Assembly: GCA_040285855.1 (NCBI GenBank)
Contig: JAUFOQ010000017.1
Location: forward strand, 868,001 to 932,000
Reading direction: 5' to 3'
Length of the DNA: 64,000 nt
From: Eukaryota sp. GEM-RC1
Taxonomy: Eukaryota
Positions within the stretch are counted from its first letter, which is position 1. Each line of letters begins with the position of its first letter. A program made the position numbers and the translations under genes. Below are positions 47,974 to 58,772 of the stretch, piece after piece. The notes beneath the pieces are model-generated. The model saw only the letters and a list, made by a program, of their open reading frames with translations, did no database searches and had not been told where the DNA came from.

Positions 47974-50253
47974 CTAATTCTCTTCACTTCCACTCGTACA
48001 AACAACAGATTTTAAATGTTCATAAAATACTTGAAGTGGAACATCATCAGTAAAAATGGTATGTCCTTCCGAAGCATGCTTATGAGTACTAGTAGGGTTC
48101 AGTTTGTGCAACAAAAACCTAGATTGAGAACCTTTCTCATCACAAATAGTTAATCTTGGTACTGGATACCTCTCAGCAATGACGTCCTCAGCATCTAGAA
48201 GGGGAACTTGGAGTAACTCTGCAAGATTCTCATATCCTTCCTGTAAATGATAACCAGCATCACGCCAAGCAGCAATCATCTCACCATGGAACACCAACAC
48301 GTGGAAGAACGTATCCAAGAGTAAAACACGGTCTGATTCAACCGATGTTGAGTCCAATAGAACAGGGAAACCTTCTAAGTTATCAAGAGTATAAGCAGTA
48401 AGAGTTGGTTGAATCATAATTAAACAATTAGTTACTGGTTCTCGTGAAACTAAGAAATGAATATAACTGGTTTCATCAGGAGAAACATTAATAGGACGAA
48501 CCATGGTACTTCTACGTAAATGGAAAATGAATTGCGGTAGTAAAGTCATTGTCGCAGGTAATTGGAAACTATCAGTGTTATCACGAACATATCTACCAAA
48601 GTAATGACATGCTCTAATCAAAGTCTTATCAATCCATCTGTTGACGTCAACACCTTCCTCAGTTTCACTTTTGACTGCAGCAAGTCTAGCTAATATGACA
48701 GTCACAGCTTCCTGATCCAGACCATTAGCAATCTCAGCAGGGTCAAGAGTATCAGACCACCGAGTAGCTAGAGTGGTAACTCTAAGCATTGTAGCACCAC
48801 AAGGATGAATATAAGTAGTTCTAAATTGAACAAAACGATGACCAGGTGGATGAAGAGTAACAGTTGGGTTTAAATCAAATAGAAAAGCAATGGTAGCATT
48901 GGTATCACAACCAGCCATTACAACTTCAGCATTAGACTGACCTCCAAGTTCACCTTTAAGATGTCCAGGACCAAGGAACTTATCCACGTAGACATCTCCA
49001 GTACAGTGTAGAGTTACCACAACATTACCAACAGTAGGAAGAGTCACTGCTTCGTTATCTCCGGCTTCAGCAGGGTAACCATCAAAAGTTCTTGGGATAA
49101 TCATGGATTCATCAGGTTTAACAATCAATTTTGATAGTGATTCTTGGAAAGTAGTGTTAGTGAAAGATTCTCCTAAAGCAACTGTGCCACCAGTTTGCTT
49201 AATAATAGAGCTCATTTCTTTCAATCCAGTTTGTCTTACAGAAAAAGCAAAAACATCCAGAGAATGACCAGACTCAACGAATTTATCACTCAAAATTTGA
49301 TAATATTTCGTTGCTTTTTTAAAATGTTTCAGTCCCTCATCTTTGTCCAAATGATGATGTGATCGCATCAATTCCTTTAAAGAAGTTCCAATGACTTTAC
49401 CTGGACCTTCACAACAAGGACCACCAGTAAGTAGAACAACTCTCGCAGGACATCCCTTGTAAGAAAGTTCAAGTAAAGCTTGAGCTAATCCCAAAGCAAC
49501 TCCAGTACATCTCTTTGGTCTTTCATCAGCAGGTACTGGCCAAGCATCTTTATGCAGGGAATCAAGAATCTCAGTAAGGATATAGTCACAGTCAGAGTTT
49601 GGTTGTAGAAAGGCATTACCAGAGGGGTTTCTACAGTGAGTAGCACCAGAAAGTCCCAGCCAAGCAGCAGTTTTATCAGGAGAAACTTCTTTAGCTCCAT
49701 TGAAGAAGTAAGCGCGGGGAACTTCGCTGGAGGTCAGTTCCCAGACTTGAGCATAGGCTCCGAAAGTAATGAGGCCGAGGAGAGCATTGTCTGGAATGGA
49801 GGCAAGCACAGATTGGACAGTCTCACGGATAGCAGAGAGATCTTCTTCGGGGATGGCCGTGTCGATAACAAAGAGGTAGATGGGGGGAATGGAGGCAGAA
49901 CTTCCGTGTTGAATTATGTATTCAACAGTGGAAGCTTCAGGGGTGAGTTCAAGAGGAATAGAGGATTCAGAGATTTCTTGATAGGGAAGGGGGTTGCGGG
50001 ATTCAGTACAAAGAGCACACCGCCATAACTTAGCATGAACATCGACTTGAACAAAAGGGTTGAGACAAGCTCCACAAGAACGACAAGTCACGGGACGACC
50101 AGCTATTGTACCCATGTTGTCAATGGTTTTCAGAGGAGTGTACAAGACACCCAGCGGAAGTGAAGATTTGGCAACTTCAAGACGAGAACAAGGCCAAACA
50201 TTATGCGAAAAGCGAAGACCATTTGCGGCTTCTACATCAGTAATGCTGCTCAT
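47974..50253 (-). CDS. SEC23: COPII coat protein Sec23, second copy (inverted)
   Basis: 759 aa; about 7 aa differences from 41699-43978. Confidence 0.97.
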   Translation of the reverse strand: MSSITDVEAANGLRFSHNVWPCSRLEVAKSSLPLGVLYTPLKTIDNMGTIAGRPVTCRSCGACLNPFVQVDVHAKLWRCALCTESRNPLPYQEISESSIPLELTPEASTVEYIIQHGSSASIPPIYLFVIDTAIPEEDLSAIRETVQSVLASIPDNALLGLITFGAYAQVWELTSSEVPRAYFFNGAKEVSPDKTAAWLGLSGATHCRNPSGNAFLQPNSDCDYILTEILDSLHKDAWPVPADERPKRCTGVALGLAQALLELSYKGCPARVVLLTGGPCCEGPGKVIGTSLKELMRSHHHLDKDEGLKHFKKATKYYQILSDKFVESGHSLDVFAFSVRQTGLKEMSSIIKQTGGTVALGESFTNTTFQESLSKLIVKPDESMIIPRTFDGYPAEAGDNEAVTLPTVGNVVVTLHCTGDVYVDKFLGPGHLKGELGGQSNAEVVMAGCDTNATIAFLFDLNPTVTLHPPGHRFVQFRTTYIHPCGATMLRVTTLATRWSDTLDPAEIANGLDQEAVTVILARLAAVKSETEEGVDVNRWIDKTLIRACHYFGRYVRDNTDSFQLPATMTLLPQFIFHLRRSTMVRPINVSPDETSYIHFLVSREPVTNCLIMIQPTLTAYTLDNLEGFPVLLDSTSVESDRVLLLDTFFHVLVFHGEMIAAWRDAGYHLQEGYENLAELLQVPLLDAEDVIAERYPVPRLTICDEKGSQSRFLLHKLNPTSTHKHASEGHTIFTDDVPLQVFYEHLKSVVCTSGSEEN

Positions 50254-50758
50254 GGGACAGGAACAGTAATGAGGATGGGAAATTCTGAGACTGAACTCTC
50301 TTGTAAATTAGACTAACAATTGTAATTAAGAACAGTTGATCTACTCTACTGTACTGTACTAATATTCGAAACTGGTTCATCTAGATGTATTAATGTATTT
50401 ATGGTCAATAACTATCGTGTGTAGTATTTTGTTTACTCAATGACATCAAAAAGTACTGTAAAAATCCAATTGTACTGATTACTGCAATCTCAAACAATAA
50501 GACAATATTGAACAGTTTCATAGGTTGTTTCGATGAAGTGCTGCGAATATTCTGAGTTAGTCGCATTGCGGAGAATTTGTATATGAGCACATTGATCAAA
50601 TCGGTTTTGTAGAACAAATTTGTGAAATGCCTTATTCATAAAAAACGCAATTTACAATGGTCATATGGACAACAAGAGTCTGACTGACAATGACTGAATG
50701 TAATTGCAGCTAAATCTAAGAAGAGAAAATTTTAGAAATTTCTCATTCCACGATTGTA

Positions 50759-53126
50759 ATGGTTTGTCCTTATCTAACTCATTTCAGCTTTTATTCGACT
50801 CTTCTGACTCTGACAGTGACTTAGACCCATGCTCATCACTAAGTATTGCTGCCCCAAAAGAAGTGAAAGCTCACAGTAACGTTCAATTCGTTCAAGAGCT
50901 TGAACCCATCCCTGTTTATCTGTTTTCAATGCGGGATGATGTCTCACTCATTCCCGATTACATTTCCCTTCTCAAACAAAGCATTCCTTCAGATCATCCC
51001 TTCATTTCTGTAGATTCAGAATGGAGACACAATACATTGGATGTACTGCAGCTCGGAACACCCTCAATTTGCATGGTCATTCAGATTCATGGAGTTACTG
51101 CTCTACATCACGACATCAGTGATTTATTGACTAATCCCAATGTCATTAAGGTGTTTAAGGCACAGGCATCAAAAGTCAAACGTTTCAAGACCTTTTGGGG
51201 AGTTAAAGTAGTGTCTCCCTATAACGTAGCTAATTACTTCCATGAAATTGGAAAGGTCTATGCCAGTAAAGTAGGGAAGGGAAAGGCTGAATTGGGTCCT
51301 CCTTCCCATCCACTCTCAACGTTTGCTGCTCACGGCTACACATTATTGTGTGAAAGAAAGAAAGCCATTACGATGAGTAATTGGAGTGAGGAAACCCTTA
51401 GTGAGAAACAGATCGAATATGCTGCTCTTGACGCTTTCTGGATCGCCTTCAACTATTATTTAAAGATTTCCCGTACGATAACTGATGATTTCACTGACAA
51501 CGCTCGTGTTTACTCCAAATCAGGACCTTCTGAAGATCCCGAACATCCTTTCCGGACCACTAAACTTGTATCTCACCATAAACGTCCTAATGGATCTAAT
51601 TCATGGTTAAGCACTTTAAAACCTGTCTGTTCTGATAGTCCTGAACTTACTGGGAGTGAATCTGACGACCTCAGTGGGCCTAGCCCAGTGGAAAAACTTC
51701 CTCAATCTGTACGTTCTTTTGCTTCTGTTCTTTTCAACATTCTCTCTCATCCTTTAAACTCTAGTTATGTTCAAACTCTACAACCATCACAAGAATTCTC
51801 TTTCTTCTTTGAAAAACGTGACTTTACAGCATCTTCTATCGTAAACTTGTGTGTTAGAATTCTACTTTCGCTGTTATCTAATCAGGAGGTTCGAAACTCG
51901 TTTATTACCGTGCTTACTCCTCTGAAATATTCAAAATATTTTGCTTCACTTGCCTATAATCTCCTGGCTCTTGCTCTTGATTCTTCATCATTAGTTAGTT
52001 TTGAACAACTTACAGTAACCAAGGAAATGCTGTCTAGTGAGGTTATTCCTGGTGTTTTAGATCAGGTAATTGAGACAAAATTGATACATATATTCGCTAA
52101 AGTACCTATATTTAGCCCTATTTGTATAGATTTACCTCTTGTCGATTACTTTAATATTACTTCTTCTAAAAATAATTGTGGCGTTGCTATTAAGACTCTA
52201 TTCAACTCAATTTGTCCAACAAATCCTAGAGTTACAGTCTTTGCGAGGTCTGTAGTTAAAGTAATTGATCAAATTGTTTTGGCATCTGATACGGTTATTT
52301 TAAATTTTGAAGTTGGAATTGATCATATACTTCCGCCTCTATTATTGGATTTACTTTCCAATAACGTCATTTCTAAAGACTTCATCGGACTTTCTTGTAC
52401 TCCTCAAGACGTGGCTGTCTTCTTCTTCTTACAGAACTTTACCAATGTTGTTGATCGATCTACTTTACTTCCAAGTTCAGTTTTAGACTTAGTTAATTCA
52501 GAATTCAATGAAAGAACAGCAAACTGGGATAAACTTTCATCACTTATTGTTTCAGAATTTCATCAAATTCCATTGTTTTCTCCAGTTGAACCTGTTGTTA
52601 GTTTGACTTTTATTCTTCATTACTTTTTCAAGAATATGAATTCTGATCTACGGTCTAAATCTTTTGCTATGAAACCCCGTGAACTATCTTCTGATGTTCT
52701 TGAGTTAGTTCAACAACAGCTCAGTATTGATGACGATACAAAAAGATTACAGTTGTCCCCTCTGATTCTTCAATCAATCATGATGACGTCATATATCAAA
52801 GTGATTGTCTTGGATTAGTAGTGTTAAAATCTTCAGCTAAACTTGTTGGCAAAACTCGTCCAGTTTGTTTCTATGTAGACAAGGAATTTTGGATTCTTCA
52901 GACTTTGAATTTATTCCAACGATTTAAAATGTGTGACAATCTTACAATCAAGCACACTGAAAATGTCATCACAATTAAATTTTTCTTCAAAACCTTAAAC
53001 CAAGTGTTTGCTATGGAACGACTGTTTGTTAAGGACCTTACTTTCAGAACAGACTTGCTATCAGTCAATTTTTACAATGCCTCGACATTCTCTACTAAGG
53101 ACCCACACCGTGTGCGCAGATCTTGA
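50759..53126 (+). CDS. DEDDy exonuclease family, copy 4; 26-nt intron 50762-50787; frameshift near 52740
   Basis: VDSEW and YAALDA retained, ExoII Asp replaced (KAQASKVK); ATG|gtttgt...ctaac...cag|CTTTTATTC. Confidence 0.85.
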
Positions 53127-53599
53127 TGTTAGTTTCAAGATGAAGCAGTGGATTGGACTCAAGTCTTGTTAGATTCAGTTTAGAGTACATCTAGAACTGT
53201 TATTTTTTAGTATTTTCCAGTCAATACCACAGTGGACGTGTTCGAACTAGATTTTCTTGTTTTATAGAAGTGGCGTAAGAGATAAGGCGGTGTAAATACA
53301 CTTATGTATATTTCAGGAATAAATAATGTAAATTATCGAATAATATCTCTCCTAAAATTGTAGTACAATTTCATGAACACAGAATACAAAGAAAGAACAA
53401 TAAACAACGCCTAACTACAAATAAAGAACATTATCAATCTTAACAAATGAGATACTAATACCTATTCATCCCAAATTCATGTCCCAATGAAAGAGACGGT
53501 TCAAAATCGAATCAAAATACCAAAAAAAGAGCTTAACCTTCAGCTCCAATAACTTTTTTTTGAATGTAGTCTTTATTTTTATGGAACAAAAACACTAAG

Positions 53600-53702
53600 A
53601 TAAACACAAATACTAGAACTCAATATCATTAAAGCAACAATCATTGCCATTAAAACTCACATCAGCTTTTCTTCATAAAAAACACTGAGAGCCAATAGAG
53701 CT
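53600..53702. repeat. ~103-bp direct copy of 11499-11602
   Basis: ATAAACACAAATACTAGAA...CTGAGAGC(T/C)AATAGAGCT, about 3 differences. Confidence 0.93.
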
Positions 53703-54366
53703 AAAACTGTCATTAATATTCATTCCATTTTGATTACACAGTTTGCCGAAAGATGTGAGCAATGGCTGTCCGAAAAAAGCCACACTTTTGATAATTATCA
53801 GTGACATATACTAACGTCCAGTAATGGAATTAGAATTTAACCAATTCAAAATTGACGTATTTATAAACAGTATATTTAGGTGTCCTTTGATAGCACAATA
53901 GCAGAAACAATAATGAGATATTGATGATAGATTATGTTATTCAATGTTCTCTTTTGAGACCATTGATTTTTAGAGTACCAAGAAAACAAACTTGATTGCA
54001 GTTTAATACAATTTTTCATCTCCAGTTCTTCTTCGAATTACATTGTAAGTTCATACGCAAATCTGTTCAACCTCATTTGAAATTGTGTAATATACAAATA
54101 TCTGAAATTTCAAATATATCATTTATTGAAGTTTGTGTTTGATATACTGATGTATAATTTATAAAGAAGTGATGTTAAATTTTTGAAAAAGGATATATAA
54201 TTCCAGAAGCGGTCATCATTGCCAAAGCTAAAAATGACTACAAAAATTGAAAATGAGTCAGGTTTTTTGAAAAAATTGATTGACGTTTCAAAATTAACAC
54301 GTCATCCAGAGATCCTAATCAAAAAGAATAAAATAAAAAACTATGTACTATTAGTACAAATCAATA

Positions 54367-55563
54367 CTACTCAACTCTGGGACATTTCAAGCACGGTTCA
54401 TTGTTAACAAATTTTCCAGAAATTTTAAAATCTACCCGGACCATTCTCTTGTTTGGAGCAACATCTCGAACAATCGTGCCATTGACAACTTCTATTGTAA
54501 TTTCCTTAGTCCTGAAAATCTCCGTAATTTGATTGATGACATCATCACACGGATCTTGACCTCTTGAAAATGAATAAACATGGATAATGGAATTTTTCAA
54601 TTTTTCACAATCTCCTTCAGAAAACACGTGAAGAAAATCAACAGCTAATGCCGGTAAATTCATGATAAAATGGTGAGGAACAACATCTTTACTTATCATT
54701 GAACGAATAAAATCAGAACCATCGATATTAGATATTTCAAATTTGGCAGAATTGATCTTGTTTATAGCAAAATTATTCTGCAAATATTCAACTGATTTAG
54801 GATTTAAATCATTTGCGTATACAAACACGTCATTCTTAGCCAATGGTACACTAAACGGACCAATACCACAAAACACGTCAGCAACACGTGTTGATGACGT
54901 GGAAGTTGACACTATACTGTCAATCATTCGTTTGTGTTCAATTTGAAGCCTAGAGTTCCAATAAACTTGTTCATAATCGAACTCAAACCTACAGTTATTC
55001 TCCAGTAGCGATACATTTGTATCGTGAACCCCAGCAATGACTTCCATGGGAAACACTCGAAATTGATTGGATATGGAAGAGCTCTTGTTGACGACAGTCT
55101 TAACGTTCTTTAGTTTGTCAAGAAATATTTGGCCAATTTCGTGTTTGAAAGGAATATGAGCAGAGAGAAGATTTAAGTGAATCAAATGACCAGCTTGTTC
55201 ATATGAAGAGGGACCATCAACATCAGGAGGAAGATAGGCACGGAGAGCTTCTGCGGCAGTAAGATCCGGGTAGGTTCGAGTAATGACATGAAAGGAGGTT
55301 TTGATGTTGTGTTGAGAGCAGAAAGATTTGACTTCATCAGGAGTGACAGAGTTAATGGAAGTGTTGGGTGTTGCTGTGGAGGTTGGTTGGATTAGCATCA
55401 TTTTGGCTTGTTGGTTTGATGGACATGGGAAAATCGGAGACGAACCTTTAAGGGATGGTACGAATGAAGATAGCTGTTTTCGAGCAGTAGATATAAGCTT
55501 CAGTGGAAGCTCCAGAGCAATGAGAGTTTCTTCTTTATTGAAACAATCTAGAGAAGTAAACAT
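54367..55563 (-). CDS. TRM5: tRNA (guanine37-N1)-methyltransferase
   Basis: SSYEQAGHLIHLNL, KTVVNK, FEFDYEQVYWNSRLQIEH, DVFCGIGPF, ANDLNP, IMNLP, VRDVAPNK. Confidence 0.95.
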   Translation of the reverse strand: MFTSLDCFNKEETLIALELPLKLISTARKQLSSFVPSLKGSSPIFPCPSNQQAKMMLIQPTSTATPNTSINSVTPDEVKSFCSQHNIKTSFHVITRTYPDLTAAEALRAYLPPDVDGPSSYEQAGHLIHLNLLSAHIPFKHEIGQIFLDKLKNVKTVVNKSSSISNQFRVFPMEVIAGVHDTNVSLLENNCRFEFDYEQVYWNSRLQIEHKRMIDSIVSTSTSSTRVADVFCGIGPFSVPLAKNDVFVYANDLNPKSVEYLQNNFAINKINSAKFEISNIDGSDFIRSMISKDVVPHHFIMNLPALAVDFLHVFSEGDCEKLKNSIIHVYSFSRGQDPCDDVINQITEIFRTKEITIEVVNGTIVRDVAPNKRMVRVDFKISGKFVNNEPCLKCPRVE

Positions 55564-56958
55564 TCAAAAAGTGTAAAAGAATAGATGCATGTGTCTGTGA
55601 TGGCTATTCTTCAAAGAGATATAATAGCTTCAGTACAGCTCCCAGAATCAATTTATTTCTGTGTTTCGATAATTTTTTAGAGTGAGAATCTGTATATTTT
55701 TCGACATTAAAAAGAATGTACAAGAAATTGTGACAAATAGGAGAAAATATCTATTAACTACAGTACAAAGAGAAAGAAACTGGTTTAAGGATGGTCAACG
55801 GTCCCAACATGAACTTCTCTGACAGCTGTTAATAACAAAATTCTTTAAGGTGTCACTTTGCAGACAAGACATTGAAGAATGCGTCTCCATTTTGCTTCCA
55901 GAAGGTTTGTCACGGACTCCGACTGCTTTTGTAACTGTTGTTGTGAACAGTTTGGCTTCTGATCCCGATACTGGAGACGTTGATGGTCCTGGGTCTTGTA
56001 AAACATGCTCTCCCCACGACTGTCGAAGTTCTGAATGAAAATGATCGCCTTGCTGTTGTTGACTTCAACAACTCCGAACAAACTTAACTCGACGACATTG
56101 TTTTTTTTTGAACGTATACATATCCACAGTTCTTTGAACAAAACGACGAATATATCCGGACTGAATTAGAACAAGACTCGTTGGTACACACTGGCAACTC
56201 TATCTCCTCTTCTTTCACAACAACTTCATCTTCTTTTTCTACAATCACTTCAATCACACTGTGAGGAGATATCACTGTTGTAATCCTTCCGCTCACCCAA
56301 ATCACTGATGAAGCAAATCCAACCATAGTTACCACGGTTAATACTGATCTCAAGCCATTACGTGGTACCTACATCTGACAAGGACTCCCTTTATTGGCAA
56401 CTAGTGGAAGAAGGAATTTCTTCCACTACTAGTAACAACTTCAACAAATCTTCTATTTATAAAGTGGATGATTCCATAATATTTTTTGTATTTCTAAAAG
56501 AAACCAAAAGTATTGTAGCTAAGATTATGAATATTTTCAGGAAAGGGGATAGCAGAACTTTTTTTAAAAATTTAAAAGAAGAGCTGCAACTTGCTTTGGA
56601 TATCTTGTTGGTACTGATGAGACGAACTAACAAACTAAATGTTTCACGAAGGACGTTGTGAGAGAAGTCAAGTAGTAGAAGTTCCAGATTTGTTGTTCTT
56701 GTTAATAATGTGGAAACACAGTAGCATTATTTTCATTGATCAAAAACACAGAATCTAATATTGAGAATTTACAATTATTCGGGATATAGTACATCTAGTT
56801 TTCACAGGTAACAATGAGTAGGGGACAATGTGGTCAGGTTTGTACTGCAAAGATCTAACGGGTCTGTGGTGAAAGATGTTGAGAGAAGTATGAGTTACGA
56901 TAACAACGACCAAAAGAGAAGAATCTGTCAACATTCAGTGAACATATCTTGCTGTAAG

Positions 56959-57423
56959 CTAGATCGTTCTTGAGAGATTCCAGTCATGAGCAAAAGCAAT
57001 TCTGGAAAACGTAATCAAAGAACCCCCTTCATCGAGCAACAAAACAAGATTTGTGGAGGGAAGTTTAACAATGTCAAGTAGTTTTTTAGTAACTTCAGAA
57101 ATGGAAAACTTAGGTATCAGTTCAGCATCACGTGATTCATCAAAACAGAGCGTCTTAATTTGGTTCCAAAGAAACAAGGATCTGTCGACACTATTTCTGT
57201 GATAGCGGAACCATTCACGACCGGGATCGTCATGTTTTTTCTGAATTAAAGAATGGACCTCATGAGAATGTTCCATCACTGAAACAATGAAAATTTGACA
57301 CAAAACAACAGAAGTAACCTGAAGGTGGGGTCCATTAAAGTCCTGAAGAACATCCTTCATCAAGGTAATCATTCCTTCGTTAGAAGCAGGCCAAGAAGTT
57401 AACGTACGATCATGAGCAGACAA
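56959..57423 (-). pseudogene. Decayed ORF with a Walker-B-like motif
   Basis: LVLLLDEGGSL; surrounded by fragmentary ORFs. Confidence 0.25.
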
Positions 57424-58772
57424 TTAAATAAGTACAAGAATCTGTAGATGTTGGTATTGGAGAAGGTATAGATAAACCTCTGATTGTAAGTCTGATAAAA
57501 TAAAAACCCGTACTCAAAAGTTATGAACAAATAAAAATAGTCCCATGGTTTATTGTGAATTTATTATTATAGTGTAATAACTCGAACGGTCACATTGGAA
57601 TTTCTGAAGGAGCAAAACTCTGTCAAAGTCCATTTTCTGCTTGGGAATGCTGAAGAGATCTCTATGTCACTGATGGAAGTGTGACACTATCAAGAGCGCC
57701 AACTAATCTGTTGATTTTGTTCAACATGAACAGAATAACTGAAATGCTTGAGGATGACCAAAATGAAGTCGATTTCATCTTCAAAGAGATCGCTTCAGAA
57801 TTGATCAGCGCTATGGATGCATCAATTAGAGTCATTGAAACACTAGCAAATACCCTTTTATCAATAATGCCCAATTTTTTCAGAACTGTAAAAAAAGAGC
57901 ATTAATAACAACAGCGTGTCAGCGTAATAATTATTTAATAATGTACCACATGTGTACCTGTAAGATTTGAATAGTTGACGCTACTAGTATACCAGAACTA
58001 GAACTCTCTTTAAAATTAATCCAAAATTAGCGAACGCTGGATATCTTCTTCTATCAAAGCTGGGGCGAACTGAAAAACTAGACTTTCCAATTGTTATAAT
58101 AAATGATCATGGAGTTTCTTAAAAGCAAATTTCCAAGATAAAATGTTACCACCTGGGATTTCTTTTATATCAACAGGAAAACAAGATCACTATAACTCAG
58201 AATAAAACTTTCTAATTTCACAACGAAACATTTTGAAACTGGAAGTACTGTCAAGCAAAGAAGTTCTTGATGGATATTAATGTCAATGCTCGAAACCAAA
58301 ATTCTTTCCGCCATCAATGGTGCTATAGCTCACCACTTTGCACAAGTAACCCTCATATCTGCGAACTTCTCCTGGTCTTTAGAATATTCCGATCTACTTT
58401 AAAAATGAAATGGAGAACGTACATTACGTGTATGTTTATAACGTGTATGTACCTTATTTTTGTTGCCAAAAGGGCAAACTAGAACTCGGGCACTTGAATA
58501 TCATTATTGATATAAGAGACCTTCGTGAAGTGAATTTTTACATCTTCGTATTTCCGTCCGATAACATAACACTTTCTGATATTGAGATTGATCCAATGTC
58601 TTCATATTCTTATTCTGTGTTTTGAGTTTGAACAATTATGTGTCATCATTGGACAGACTTGGATCAAAAGAAACAACAACAATCTAGACGCAAGGAAGTT
58701 ATCTTCCACACCAGTACATACACACTGTCCAATATCGCAATTTAAAAATTAAATTGAAAAATCTTTTGTTCA

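Noticed and set aside
41659..50269. Small antisense/overlapping ORFs in both Sec23 genes
   Set aside because: Shadow frames, duplicated simply because Sec23 is duplicated.
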